Of a DNA stretch of 64,000 bases, positions 32,590 through 43,100 are shown one piece after another. How positions within the stretch are numbered: position 1 is the stretch's first letter; every line of letters starts with the position of its first letter. A program made the position numbers and the translations under genes. Below the pieces are notes generated by a model. That model did not search any database and was not told the DNA's origin. It saw only the letters and a list, made by a program, of their open reading frames with translations. The DNA is taken from assembly GCA_030844565.1 (NCBI GenBank), contig JAUUNK010000003.1, positions 14,367 to 78,366 of the forward strand, written 5' to 3'. The DNA is from Bacteroides ovatus (GTDB lineage Bacteria; Bacteroidota; Bacteroidia; Bacteroidales; Bacteroidaceae).

Positions 32590-34002
32590 ATGAGAAAAGA
32601 GCACATGAAAAGCCAATACTCCTACTGGTGTGGGGTGTTGGTACTGTATCTGACGGTATGCCTGAGTGCCTGCCAAGACGATAAAGAAAATTCCAACGGG
32701 TATGACCCATCCAAGCCGGTAGTGTTTACCGACTTCTCTCCCACCCAAGGCAGCCTGCGTACCCAACTGCACATTTACGGAGAGAATTTCGGAGACGACC
32801 CCTCAAAGATTCATATTTCGATAGGAGGACAAGCCACCACTACCATCGGTTGCAACGACAATGAAATTTATTGCATGGTTCCTCCCCGGGCTTTTGAAGG
32901 AAACATAAAAGTATCTATTGAGAGCGCCGACGGGACGGCTTCTCCCGTTGAGTATGAGTTTGAGAAGCGGTTTCAGTATGTTGCCCAGACCTCAGTGGGC
33001 ACCTTGGTCGGAAACGAAGATGAACAAGGAAAATCCTCAGATGTAGACGGAGATTTTGAAAAAGCAAGGTTCGGTAATGCTGAATGGTTGTTGATGGATA
33101 CTTTCGGCATACAAAAATGCCTGATTGTTAATGGCTTCAAAGGTCCTATCCGGAGAATCAACCTCGAAACCCGGGAAGTATCCACTATTATGACTGAAGG
33201 ACAAGGACAGTTTGGAGGTATGTACTATATGTGTTTCGATGCGACAGGAGATACCCTGTTTGTATCAGATGACCAGGGACAGAATAATAAAGACAGAAGG
33301 GAAATTGCCTATCTGCTGCGCTCGGAAGATTTCCGAAGGGCAAGGCCCTATGTTTATGACCGTACAGGATATAGCTGCGCCTATCAACCGTTGACAAAGA
33401 CTCTGTATTATACTATTTATTGGCAGGGCACTATCGACAAAGCCGTTTTCGACCCGGCAACACAGGGAATGGTAGCAAAGGAAGTTTTCCCTACCTACGA
33501 AAGCCGGGATGAGCATGCGTTTATAACGATTCATCCTGAAGGCAAATATATGTATGTTACAGGTGCGAATTGCCTCTATAAATCCATGTTCAATCCTGAA
33601 ACAAAAGAATTCCAGAAACCTACCATGTTTGCAGGTTCATTAGGCTCCAGCGCATGGGTGGACTCTCCCGGTACATCCGGACGTTTCGTTTGGCCTTATC
33701 AAGGCACATTCGTGAAAAACGAAGAGTATATCAAAGCCGGCAAAGCAGACATCTATGACTTTTACATTTGCGACAGAAACGGGCACTGCATCCGTAAAAT
33801 TACCCCTGACGGCATCATTTCTACTTTTGCAGGAAGAGGTAGCGTATCTTCCGACGGACGGGTAAACGGCTATATCGACGGTGAATTACGTACGGAAGCC
33901 CGCTTCGACAGTCCTTGCGGCATTGCTTATGATGAAGACACACAAACCTTCTATATAGCAGATAGAGAAAACCACCGGATTCGTACCATTTCTGTAGAAT
34001 AA
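32590..34002 (+). CDS. IPT/TIG plus NHL-repeat beta-propeller surface lipoprotein
   Basis: Lipobox SAC followed by QDDK, an IPT/TIG domain (DFSPTQG...IYGENFG) and NHL repeats (ICDRNGHCIRKI, IADRENHRIR). Confidence 0.85.
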   Translation: MRKEHMKSQYSYWCGVLVLYLTVCLSACQDDKENSNGYDPSKPVVFTDFSPTQGSLRTQLHIYGENFGDDPSKIHISIGGQATTTIGCNDNEIYCMVPPRAFEGNIKVSIESADGTASPVEYEFEKRFQYVAQTSVGTLVGNEDEQGKSSDVDGDFEKARFGNAEWLLMDTFGIQKCLIVNGFKGPIRRINLETREVSTIMTEGQGQFGGMYYMCFDATGDTLFVSDDQGQNNKDRREIAYLLRSEDFRRARPYVYDRTGYSCAYQPLTKTLYYTIYWQGTIDKAVFDPATQGMVAKEVFPTYESRDEHAFITIHPEGKYMYVTGANCLYKSMFNPETKEFQKPTMFAGSLGSSAWVDSPGTSGRFVWPYQGTFVKNEEYIKAGKADIYDFYICDRNGHCIRKITPDGIISTFAGRGSVSSDGRVNGYIDGELRTEARFDSPCGIAYDEDTQTFYIADRENHRIRTISVE

Positions 34003-34024
34003 CAACTATAAAAACACATTTCGA

Positions 34025-37000
34025 ATGAAAAAATATATTTTAAGTATGTTCTTTCTGATTAGCTGCATGATAGGTGTATATGCACATACAGAAAAGCAAC
34101 AACAAGAAAAGATAGAAATCAAAGGTATGGTTCTGGACCAGAACAATGAACCGCTGGTCGGAGTAAATGTTTCCGTAAAAGACTTACCCGGACTAGGAGC
34201 CATCACAGATATAAACGGAAAGTTTAAAATAAAGGTAGAACCTTATCAAAGACTGGTATTCACTTTTATAGGATTCGAGAAACAAGAAATACTTATTAAA
34301 GAACAAAAGGTCATCAATGTAGTCCTGCAAGAAGCTAAAGCAACTGCCATTGATGAAGTCGTTATCACAGGAACCGGAGCACAGAAAAAGATTACGATGA
34401 CCGGAGCAGTCACCACAGTAGATGTCAGCACACTGAAAACTTCCACCTCAAGCATTACAAATGCATTGGCAGGTAACGTAGCAGGTGTATTAGCGCGCCA
34501 GACATCCGGACAACCGGGAAATAACGTATCCGAGTTCTGGATTCGCGGTATTTCTACTTTTGGCGCCGGTGCCGGAGCACTCGTCCTAATTGATGGCTTC
34601 GAACGCGACATAAACGACGTGAACATCGAAGATATTGAAAGCTTTACGGTGTTGAAAGATGCTTCGGCTACAGCTATTTACGGTTCGCGGGGTGCCAACG
34701 GTGTTATGCTGTTTACTACCAAGCGTGGTAAGTCCGGCAAAGTGCAGATTGATGCAAAGGTGGAAACAACCTACAACACACGCACTTACACACCTGAGCT
34801 TGTGGACGGTTATACGTATGCCAGCTTAATGAACGAGGCACGCACTACACGTAATAAAGAACCCTTCTTTTCTGATGAAAAGTTATATATACTTCGCAAC
34901 GGATTGGATAAAGACTTATATCCCAATGTAGACTGGATGGACGTACTTTTAAAGAAAGGAGCACCCACCTATCGTGCAACATTGAACATGAACGGTGGCG
35001 GTTCGCTTGCCCGTTACTATGTATCTGCCAGCTACGTGGATGAAGGAGGTATGTATAAGGTGGACGAAGGATTAAAGGATTACAATACCAATGCAAACTA
35101 CAGACGTTGGAACTACCGACTGAACGTAGATATGGACATCACCAAATCTACTTTGTTAAGAGTGGGGGTTGCCGGTTCGCTGGATAAGAAAAACGAACCG
35201 GGAATGGCAGGAGACATCTGGGCAGCAGTGATGCGCAACAATCCGATTTCCGTTCCTGTGATGTACTCCAACGGATATGTGCCCTCCTACGGTTCAACAG
35301 GCGAGCAGCTCAATCCCTGGGTAGCCGCCACACAAACCGGTTACCAGGAAACCTGGAACAACAAGCTGCAAGCCAATGCCAGCCTGGAACAAAACTTCGA
35401 CTTCATCACCAAAGGTCTGAAGTTTATAGGCCGTTACGGGTTTGACACCAACAACTACCAGTGGATCAACCGCAAAAAGTTTCCCGAAATGTGGAGAGCC
35501 GAACAAAACCGTGCTTCTGACGGAAGTCTGGTAATGAATAAAATCAGGGACGAACAACTGATGACGCACGAATCGTCTTCCCACGGAGACCGCAAAGAAT
35601 ACTTGGAAGCGGAGTTACATTATAATCGTATGTTTGGTGACCATATTGTAGGAGCTGTATTCAAATATACCCAAGACAAAACAGTAGACACTTCTCAAAA
35701 CGGAGACGACCTTATGCAAGGAATCGACAAACGCCACCAGGGATTGGCAGGACGGGTTACTTATGGGTGGAAATACCGCTATTTCGTCGATTTCAACTTT
35801 GGTTACAATGGTTCCGAGAACTTCGCACCGGGACATCAATATGGCTTTTTCCCCGCCTACTCCGTTGCCTGGAACATTGCAGAAGAACCCATCATAAAGA
35901 AACATCTAGAATGGATGAATATGTTCAAGCTTCGTTATTCATACGGTAAAGTCGGCAATGATGTGGTAGGAGGGGATGATTACCGTTTCCCCTATTTACC
36001 CACTTTCGGTCCCAGTGGCGGGTTTAACTATGCAGACATCGGACAGAAATATGAGTTCACAGGCTTAAGCTACACACACTATGCTACCACAGCCGTGACC
36101 TGGGAAATAGCAACCAAACACGATGTGGGCATTGATTTCTCTTTATGGAATAATAAACTTACCGGAACAATCGATTATTTCCATGAGCAACGCGACGGAA
36201 TATACCAGCAACGCAACTTTATACCTATTTCCCTCGGTCTGAACGGAGCTATGAGAATATCCACTAATATAGGCTCCGTCTTGTCTAAGGGATTCGACGG
36301 TAACTTCGGTTTCAAACAAAACATCGGCGAAGTCAACCTGACTTTACGAGGTAACTTCACCTATAGTAAAAGCGAAATCCTGAAGTACGATGAAGAATAC
36401 AGCAACTATCTCTACAGAGGTCAAAGAGGTTTCCGGGTAGACCAGACCCGCGGACTTATCGCCTTAGGGCTCTTTACAGATTATGATGATATTCGCAACA
36501 GCCCGAAACAATCCTGGGGTGATGTGATGCCGGGAGACATCAAATATGCGGATGTAAACGGTGACGGCTACGTAAACGACAACGACATCGTTCCCATCGG
36601 CGCGACAACACGCCCCAACTTAATCTACGGCTTCGGAATCTCGGGCCAATGGAAGGGCATCGACGCCAGTGTCTTATTCCAGGGTTCGGGCAAATCGACT
36701 TTCTGTATCGACGGTCCTACCGTATATCCATTTGAGAACGGAGACTGGGGAAACATACTGACCGATGTAGCAAAAGCTAATCGCTGGATACTGGGTGAGA
36801 ACGAAGATCCGAATGCCACATATCCCCGTTTAAGTTACGGAGGAAACAGTAATAACTACCGCCCCTCTACATATTGGTTGCGGAATGGTTCCTACTTGCG
36901 TTTGAAGAATCTGGAAGTGGGCTATACCATACCGAAGAGTTTTGTTAACCGCTTGCATCTGAATAACATCCGTATCTACTTTATGGGCACCAACTTAGTT

Positions 37001-37105
37001 ACCTTCTCCAGTTTCAAGCTGTGGGACCCCGAACTGGGTAGCAGTAACGGACAGAAATACCCGTTATCAAAATCGTATACTCTAGGATTAACTATCAATA
37101 TCTAA
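34025..37105 (+). CDS. susC: SusC/RagA TonB-dependent transporter (pair 2)
   Basis: DEVVITGTG, FWIRGISTF, LKDASATAIYGSRGANGV and WDPELG near the C-terminus. Confidence 0.95.
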   Translation: MKKYILSMFFLISCMIGVYAHTEKQQQEKIEIKGMVLDQNNEPLVGVNVSVKDLPGLGAITDINGKFKIKVEPYQRLVFTFIGFEKQEILIKEQKVINVVLQEAKATAIDEVVITGTGAQKKITMTGAVTTVDVSTLKTSTSSITNALAGNVAGVLARQTSGQPGNNVSEFWIRGISTFGAGAGALVLIDGFERDINDVNIEDIESFTVLKDASATAIYGSRGANGVMLFTTKRGKSGKVQIDAKVETTYNTRTYTPELVDGYTYASLMNEARTTRNKEPFFSDEKLYILRNGLDKDLYPNVDWMDVLLKKGAPTYRATLNMNGGGSLARYYVSASYVDEGGMYKVDEGLKDYNTNANYRRWNYRLNVDMDITKSTLLRVGVAGSLDKKNEPGMAGDIWAAVMRNNPISVPVMYSNGYVPSYGSTGEQLNPWVAATQTGYQETWNNKLQANASLEQNFDFITKGLKFIGRYGFDTNNYQWINRKKFPEMWRAEQNRASDGSLVMNKIRDEQLMTHESSSHGDRKEYLEAELHYNRMFGDHIVGAVFKYTQDKTVDTSQNGDDLMQGIDKRHQGLAGRVTYGWKYRYFVDFNFGYNGSENFAPGHQYGFFPAYSVAWNIAEEPIIKKHLEWMNMFKLRYSYGKVGNDVVGGDDYRFPYLPTFGPSGGFNYADIGQKYEFTGLSYTHYATTAVTWEIATKHDVGIDFSLWNNKLTGTIDYFHEQRDGIYQQRNFIPISLGLNGAMRISTNIGSVLSKGFDGNFGFKQNIGEVNLTLRGNFTYSKSEILKYDEEYSNYLYRGQRGFRVDQTRGLIALGLFTDYDDIRNSPKQSWGDVMPGDIKYADVNGDGYVNDNDIVPIGATTRPNLIYGFGISGQWKGIDASVLFQGSGKSTFCIDGPTVYPFENGDWGNILTDVAKANRWILGENEDPNATYPRLSYGGNSNNYRPSTYWLRNGSYLRLKNLEVGYTIPKSFVNRLHLNNIRIYFMGTNLVTFSSFKLWDPELGSSNGQKYPLSKSYTLGLTINI

Positions 37106-37115
37106 TATCAAAGAC

Positions 37116-39140
37116 ATGAAAAAGAAACATATAATATTAGCCGTTGCGTTCAGCCTCGGATTAGGAGCCTGCTTTTCTTCCTGCTCTGATTATCTAAGCG
37201 TAGAGCGCTTTTTCGAAGACCGGCAAAGCGAAGAGAAAATCTTTAAGAGCAAACAATTTACTGAAGAATGGCTGGCAAAATGCTACGGGCTCTTAACCGG
37301 GTCGAATATAGAATACGGCGTCATTAAGTTCACCCTCTCTAACTATTCGGATGACATCATATTCAATGAAAGCGATGGTGGAGTAAACTACAACTCCCTC
37401 AAATTCGGGCAATATGACAACGGATGGGTGAACGACTCTTATATCCGCTGCTACGAAGGTGTGCGCCAAGCCTCCATTATGATCAACTATGTGGATATAA
37501 ACGAAGAACTCACACGAGAAGAGATTCTGGACAAGAAAGCGGAAGCCCGCTTCTTAAGAGCTTATTTCTATTGGTTGTTGCTAAGAAGATATGGTCCGGT
37601 TCCCCTGATGCCGGATGAAACAATCAGTATTGACGAAACCTACATGGGCATGTCTTGTCCCAGAGCCACATACGACGAAATAGTGGATTACATCGACAGG
37701 GAAATGACACTTGCAGCCAAAGACTTGCCCGACAGACGCGACAGGCAGAATATTGCACGCGCCACCCGAGGTGCAGCATTGGCTGTACGTGCAAAGGCTC
37801 TGTTATACTCCGCCAGCCCGCTCAACAATCCTCTACCGGACGACCCGGATAAGTTTACGGACTTTGTAGACGACCAAGGCCGCATACTCATGTCGCAAAC
37901 ATACGACGAAAGCAAATGGGCGAGAGCTGCTGCGGCGGCAAAGGATGTAATCGACCTGGGACGCTACGAATTGCACACGGCAGACTACCAGGACAAAGGA
38001 GACAACACCTACCCTGCCACAGTGAAACCACCCTATCATGCCAAGTATTCCAATAAGAACTTCCCCGAAGGATGGGCCAATATCGATCCGTTCGAATCCT
38101 ATCGCGCCATCTTTAACGGTGAACTGTATGCTAATGAAAACGAAGAGTTAATCTTTACCCGCGGCAACAACTCTTTAGGAGAGCAAGTGGACTATCTTGT
38201 TAAGAACCAAATGCCGACTTTCGCAGGAGGAGAAAACCGCCATGGCCTGACCGCCAAGCAATGCGACGCCTATGATATGGCAAATGGCGATGCCTTTAAC
38301 TTGCAACACTTCCTGGACACCTGCGAAGCAAGCCGTCGCTTTGTGACCGAAGATGAATACAGGGCGGGGAAATATCCCCAACTTCGTCCCAACGTCTGGA
38401 AAGAATACGCCAACCGCGAGCCGCGCTTCTATGCCAGCGTAGCATTCAGCGGCGCTTTCTGGCCTTTCACCAGTGCCAAAGATGCGGAATACCGCAACCA
38501 GCAAATATGGTATTATAGGGGCAGTAAAGAAGGACGGAAGAACGGATCGGACAAATGGATACCTACAGGAATCGGGATGATGAAGTTCATCAATCCAAAT
38601 GATTGCAATACGAATAATGGAAAAGTCTATGATAAAGTAGATGTTGCCATCCGCTATGCCGACATCCTTTTGATGTATGCCGAAGCGCTGAATGAGCTTA
38701 CTCCGGGCACTAACTACGAAACAACGAACTGGCAAGGAGAGCCGGTAGTAGTTTCCCGTAATACGGAAGAAATGAGCAAAGCAGTCTCCCGAGTTCGCAT
38801 CCGCGCCGGATTGCCCGATTATGACCAAGAGGTGTATAACGACCCCTCCTTGTTCCGCAAAAGACTGAAACACGAACGCCAGGTGGAACTTATGGGCGAG
38901 AACCAGCGATACCACGATTTGAGACGGTGGAAAGATGTAGCGACTGAAGAATCGGAACAAATCTACGGCTGCAACGTATTGATGACCGAAGCCACCAAAG
39001 AACGGTTCTACGAACGTATACGGGTGGAGAATTTACAAGCCAACTTCTCACGCAAGATGTATTTCTGGCCTATCCTGCAAAGAGAGCTGCAATGGAACAG
39101 ACGAATGACACAGGCTCCCGGCTGGGAAACTTTTGATTAA
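37116..39140 (+). CDS. susD: SusD/RagB lipoprotein (pair 2)
   Basis: Lipobox SSC followed by SDYL, plus EARFLRAYFYW, IRYADILLMYAEA and ERQVELMGENQRYHDLRRWK. Confidence 0.95.
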   Translation: MKKKHIILAVAFSLGLGACFSSCSDYLSVERFFEDRQSEEKIFKSKQFTEEWLAKCYGLLTGSNIEYGVIKFTLSNYSDDIIFNESDGGVNYNSLKFGQYDNGWVNDSYIRCYEGVRQASIMINYVDINEELTREEILDKKAEARFLRAYFYWLLLRRYGPVPLMPDETISIDETYMGMSCPRATYDEIVDYIDREMTLAAKDLPDRRDRQNIARATRGAALAVRAKALLYSASPLNNPLPDDPDKFTDFVDDQGRILMSQTYDESKWARAAAAAKDVIDLGRYELHTADYQDKGDNTYPATVKPPYHAKYSNKNFPEGWANIDPFESYRAIFNGELYANENEELIFTRGNNSLGEQVDYLVKNQMPTFAGGENRHGLTAKQCDAYDMANGDAFNLQHFLDTCEASRRFVTEDEYRAGKYPQLRPNVWKEYANREPRFYASVAFSGAFWPFTSAKDAEYRNQQIWYYRGSKEGRKNGSDKWIPTGIGMMKFINPNDCNTNNGKVYDKVDVAIRYADILLMYAEALNELTPGTNYETTNWQGEPVVVSRNTEEMSKAVSRVRIRAGLPDYDQEVYNDPSLFRKRLKHERQVELMGENQRYHDLRRWKDVATEESEQIYGCNVLMTEATKERFYERIRVENLQANFSRKMYFWPILQRELQWNRRMTQAPGWETFD

Positions 39141-39158
39141 CTTAAAAACACTGTAAAA

Positions 39159-40163
39159 ATGAAAAGAACAATCATCTATATAGCTAGCATGTTTGCCGCA
39201 CTGTTTTTCTTCAGTGCCTGCAACGACGAATGGAAAGAGGAACTTTACTCACACATGATTTCCCTGAAAGCTCCCGTAGGGAACGAAGAAGTGTCTGACA
39301 TCTACGTACGGTACAAACCCAACGGAGAAGTCATTTACGACCTTCCCGTATTGGTAAGCGGTTCAACCCCCTTGGACCGGGACCTGAATGTACGCATTGC
39401 CGTAGACCCGGATACACTGGTTGCTCTAAACCTGGCTAACTATCATGAGCTGAGAAAAGACTTGTGGTATGAACTATTGCCCGAGCAGAACTACGAATTC
39501 GTGTCACCTACATGCTACATGCCGGCAGGAACAAGAAAAGAATTATTCCCCATAAAATTTAAGTTCTCGAGCCTGAACTTATCAAAAGAATGGGTATTGC
39601 CTCTGACCATTGAAGAAGACCCTTCGTACGTGACCAACAAACGGAAAGGATGGCGCAAAGCCCTGCTTCATGTTTTGCCATATAATGATTACTCAGGCAG
39701 GTATTCTGCAACGGCTATGAACATCTATTTCGCCGGCTCCAACGATGACCCTTTGGTGGTGGACACCCGCAGAGCCCATGTGGTAGATGAAAACACCATA
39801 TTCTTCTATGTAGGAACCAAAGAAGATAACGCAATTGACCGCGAAACCTACAAGATAAATGTGAAGTTTGAAGAACCCACCGAAGCTACCGACACCAGGA
39901 AAACAGGAAATCTAACGATAACATCTACCAACCCGGAGATAAACTTCCAGGTAATCGGAACCCCCACTTACGAGATATGGGATGAGATAGATACGAATCA
40001 ACCCTATCTGATGCACCGTTATTATGTTCTCAGAATGGAATATACATACGATGACGTAACCTCCTCCAACGTGTCCACTTCGTATCGGGCTACCGGTTCA
40101 CTGCTTATGGAACGTAAGATTAATACGTTGATACCGGATCAGGACCAAGCTATCCAGTGGTAA
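39159..40163 (+). CDS. PUL surface lipoprotein (DUF4973/DUF1735-like)
   Basis: Lipobox SAC followed by NDEWKEE, WVLPLTI, NDYSGRYS and the C-terminal NTLIPDQDQAIQW typical of this post-SusD family. Confidence 0.75.
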   Translation: MKRTIIYIASMFAALFFFSACNDEWKEELYSHMISLKAPVGNEEVSDIYVRYKPNGEVIYDLPVLVSGSTPLDRDLNVRIAVDPDTLVALNLANYHELRKDLWYELLPEQNYEFVSPTCYMPAGTRKELFPIKFKFSSLNLSKEWVLPLTIEEDPSYVTNKRKGWRKALLHVLPYNDYSGRYSATAMNIYFAGSNDDPLVVDTRRAHVVDENTIFFYVGTKEDNAIDRETYKINVKFEEPTEATDTRKTGNLTITSTNPEINFQVIGTPTYEIWDEIDTNQPYLMHRYYVLRMEYTYDDVTSSNVSTSYRATGSLLMERKINTLIPDQDQAIQW

Positions 40164-43100
40164 CCGGAAACTTTCCCAAAGCTCTTACACAGCCTTCATC
40201 TTGTGTAAGAGCTTTTTTCTTTTTATATTCCGTAGGCGTCACCCCATACACCAGCTTGAAGCACTTGCTGAAATGCTGGGAGTCTTTAAACCCCGTCTTA
40301 TAAGCTATTTGAGTGAAGTTGTCCGAGCCTTCCCTGATAAATTCCGCCGCTTTCTTCAGACGTATATTCTTTATAAGTTCCATGGGTGAGATACCTATAA
40401 GTGTCTTTATCTTCTTGAAGAGGGCGGAGCGGCTGATACCTGCTTCTTCAACAAGCGTGTCCACACTCAGCTCCGGATAATCCAGATGCGCTTCGATGAA
40501 GCAGACCATCTTGTCCAGCAAATCTTTATCTACCTGGGGAAGCGTACGAAGTTCCTCTTTCTCCTGGGCGCCCAGGCTGTTTTCTTCTTTATTCTGAATG
40601 AGTTCTGAATAATACAATGCCTGGATGCGTTTCCTTTGTTTAATGATGTTCCATATCTTGGCTATCAGGTAGCTGGCACTGAAAGGTTTGGTGATGTAAT
40701 CGTCCACCCCGAGCTCCAGACCTTCATTCTGATTCTCCACATCCGCCTTGCTGCTCAATAAAACAATCGGTATGTGGCAAGTATAAATATTGGCTTGCAG
40801 CTTCTTCACCATCTCGATACCTGTCATCCCGGGCATCACTACATCGCTGACAATCATATTGGGCAAATACTTCGTTGCCTTCTCCAAGCCTTCTTTTCCG
40901 TTGGAGGCCGTCATTACACGAAACTCTTCCGAAAGAATCGCATGCAGGAAGGAGAGAAGCTCCTGATTGTCATCCACCACTAGAATCGTACTCTTATTGC
41001 TATCCTGATTGTCTTCTTCCACCTCGTAATCATCTCTCGGGAAAAGGGTATCGTCAGCCGAGAAAGAAGCCCGTTCGTCATAGTCGGTGAGGATGAACTC
41101 CGTTTCAGGAGCAAAATGGTTTCTACCTCTACAGAAATAGAGAGTAAAAGTAGAACCTTCGTTCACTTTACTGCGCAGCGTTATTCTGCCTTTGTGAAGT
41201 TCCACCAGTTCTTTGACTAAAGATAGTCCTATGCCCGTACTTTGCTTTTTAAAGATGTCGGAGCTTACGTAGTTTTCAAATCGGTTGAAGATGTTCTCTT
41301 GCTTTTCTTGGCTGATGCCATATCCCTGGTCGGCTATCCGGAGAATAATATCGGTGGCGGTTTCCTCCACCGACAGGTGTATCACTGTGCCTTTGGGAGA
41401 ATACTTAAAAGCATTTGTAAGCAGGTTGAACAGGATGCTTTCCAACTTGTCCGGGTCCGCCCATAGGAACACAGGCGAGGTTTTAGCTTCGAAACTGATT
41501 TCACTTTCCCTCTGGATGGCAATCGATTGAAAGTTATTTATAATATGCCGGATGAAGGGGGCTATTTCTATTCTTTGTACTGTGAGTTTGGATTCGTTCT
41601 GTATCTTTTGCAAATCCAGCACTTGGTTGATGATTTTCAGCGTACGCTTCGTGTTGCGCTTCACCAGAGCCAGGTCTTGCTGTATGACCGGATTCAGGTC
41701 TTTCTGCGAAAGCATGTGATCTATGGGAGCGATGATGAGAGTGAAAGGAGTGCGCAGTTCGTGGATAATATCTGTGAAGAATTTGGTCTTCATCTCCAAG
41801 ACATACTTTTCTATGAAAACGCGGTTGCGGAGTTTATAGATGATGAAAAGAATATATGCCGAACCGGCTACAATGAGAAGAAATATCACGATGTATAGAA
41901 GAATGCCATACACAGACTCCCAGAAAGAAGGAAGGATGGTAATGGGGATTTCTTTCGCTCGGTTGCTCCACACGCCGTCGCTGTTGGTCGACTTCACCTC
42001 GAAGCTGTAGTTCCCTTTTGGAATATTGGTATAGACAGCCATCCGGTTGTTCTTTACATAATTCCAGTTATCAAAGCCTTTCAGACGATAAGCATATTCT
42101 ATCTTGCCGGGAAACTTCATATCCAACGTCTCATAATGGATGGTGAATGAGTTTTCTTTGTGACTCAGGACGACCTCTGCAAGTGCGGAAGTAAAGTCTT
42201 TCTTCTCCCCGTTTACATGGATATCCGTAACGAGAAGACGGGAGGTGTAGGTATCCCGCTTCATTCTTTGGGGAGACATAGAAAGCAATCCTTTGTCGGT
42301 GCCGAACAACATCTCGCCAGTGGAGAGACGGCAAGCTCTGCTTTCCGTCAGCAGAAGTCCTTCGGGCAGGAAGCGGCTGTCATATATCTCTGTTGAATCA
42401 TTATCTGTGAATAGCCGGTAGAGACCGTTTTCGGAGGGAATCCACAGATTGCCTTCTTCGTCTTCCGCAAGTGTCAGCGGAAGGGTAGAAACCATGTGGA
42501 GGGAAGAATAGTTCTTGAAGACACCGTTTTTGTCTTCGCTAAATCCAGTCAGTTTGTCGAGTCCCCCGCCGAAGGTGGTAACAAAGATGTCATGGCGGCT
42601 GCTTTCGAAGACGTCATACACATTGTCACAACTGAGGCTATTCTTTGCGTTGCTGTCGCGTACAATGGGAGTATAAGCGAGTTTCCCTTCCTGCCATTTG
42701 CAGAGCAACACTCCGGAGGTAGTTGCCAACCAGACGTTATCTTGATAATCGAGGCATACATTCTTGATTCGTGAGAAACGCGAAGGGTAATCTGCCAACC
42801 TGTTGCCACAATGTATGAACCGTTCATTTCCGTCTTTATCCTTTTCTATATAGTTGAGTCCACCGCCCAGCGTGCCTACCCAGATTCTGCCCTGCTTATC
42901 TTCTTTCAGAGAAAAGATGGAGTTACAGTTGAGGCTGAATGCATCGGCAGGATTCTTTTTATAATAGTTGAGCTGGAAATTCAATTTCCCTTTAGGGAGC
43001 AACTTGATAATCCCCTCGTTGCGTGTTCCCATCCATATATTTCCTTCCCTGTCTTGCAGCAGAGCATATACGGCATCGAATTTCTCGACTCGACGAGACA

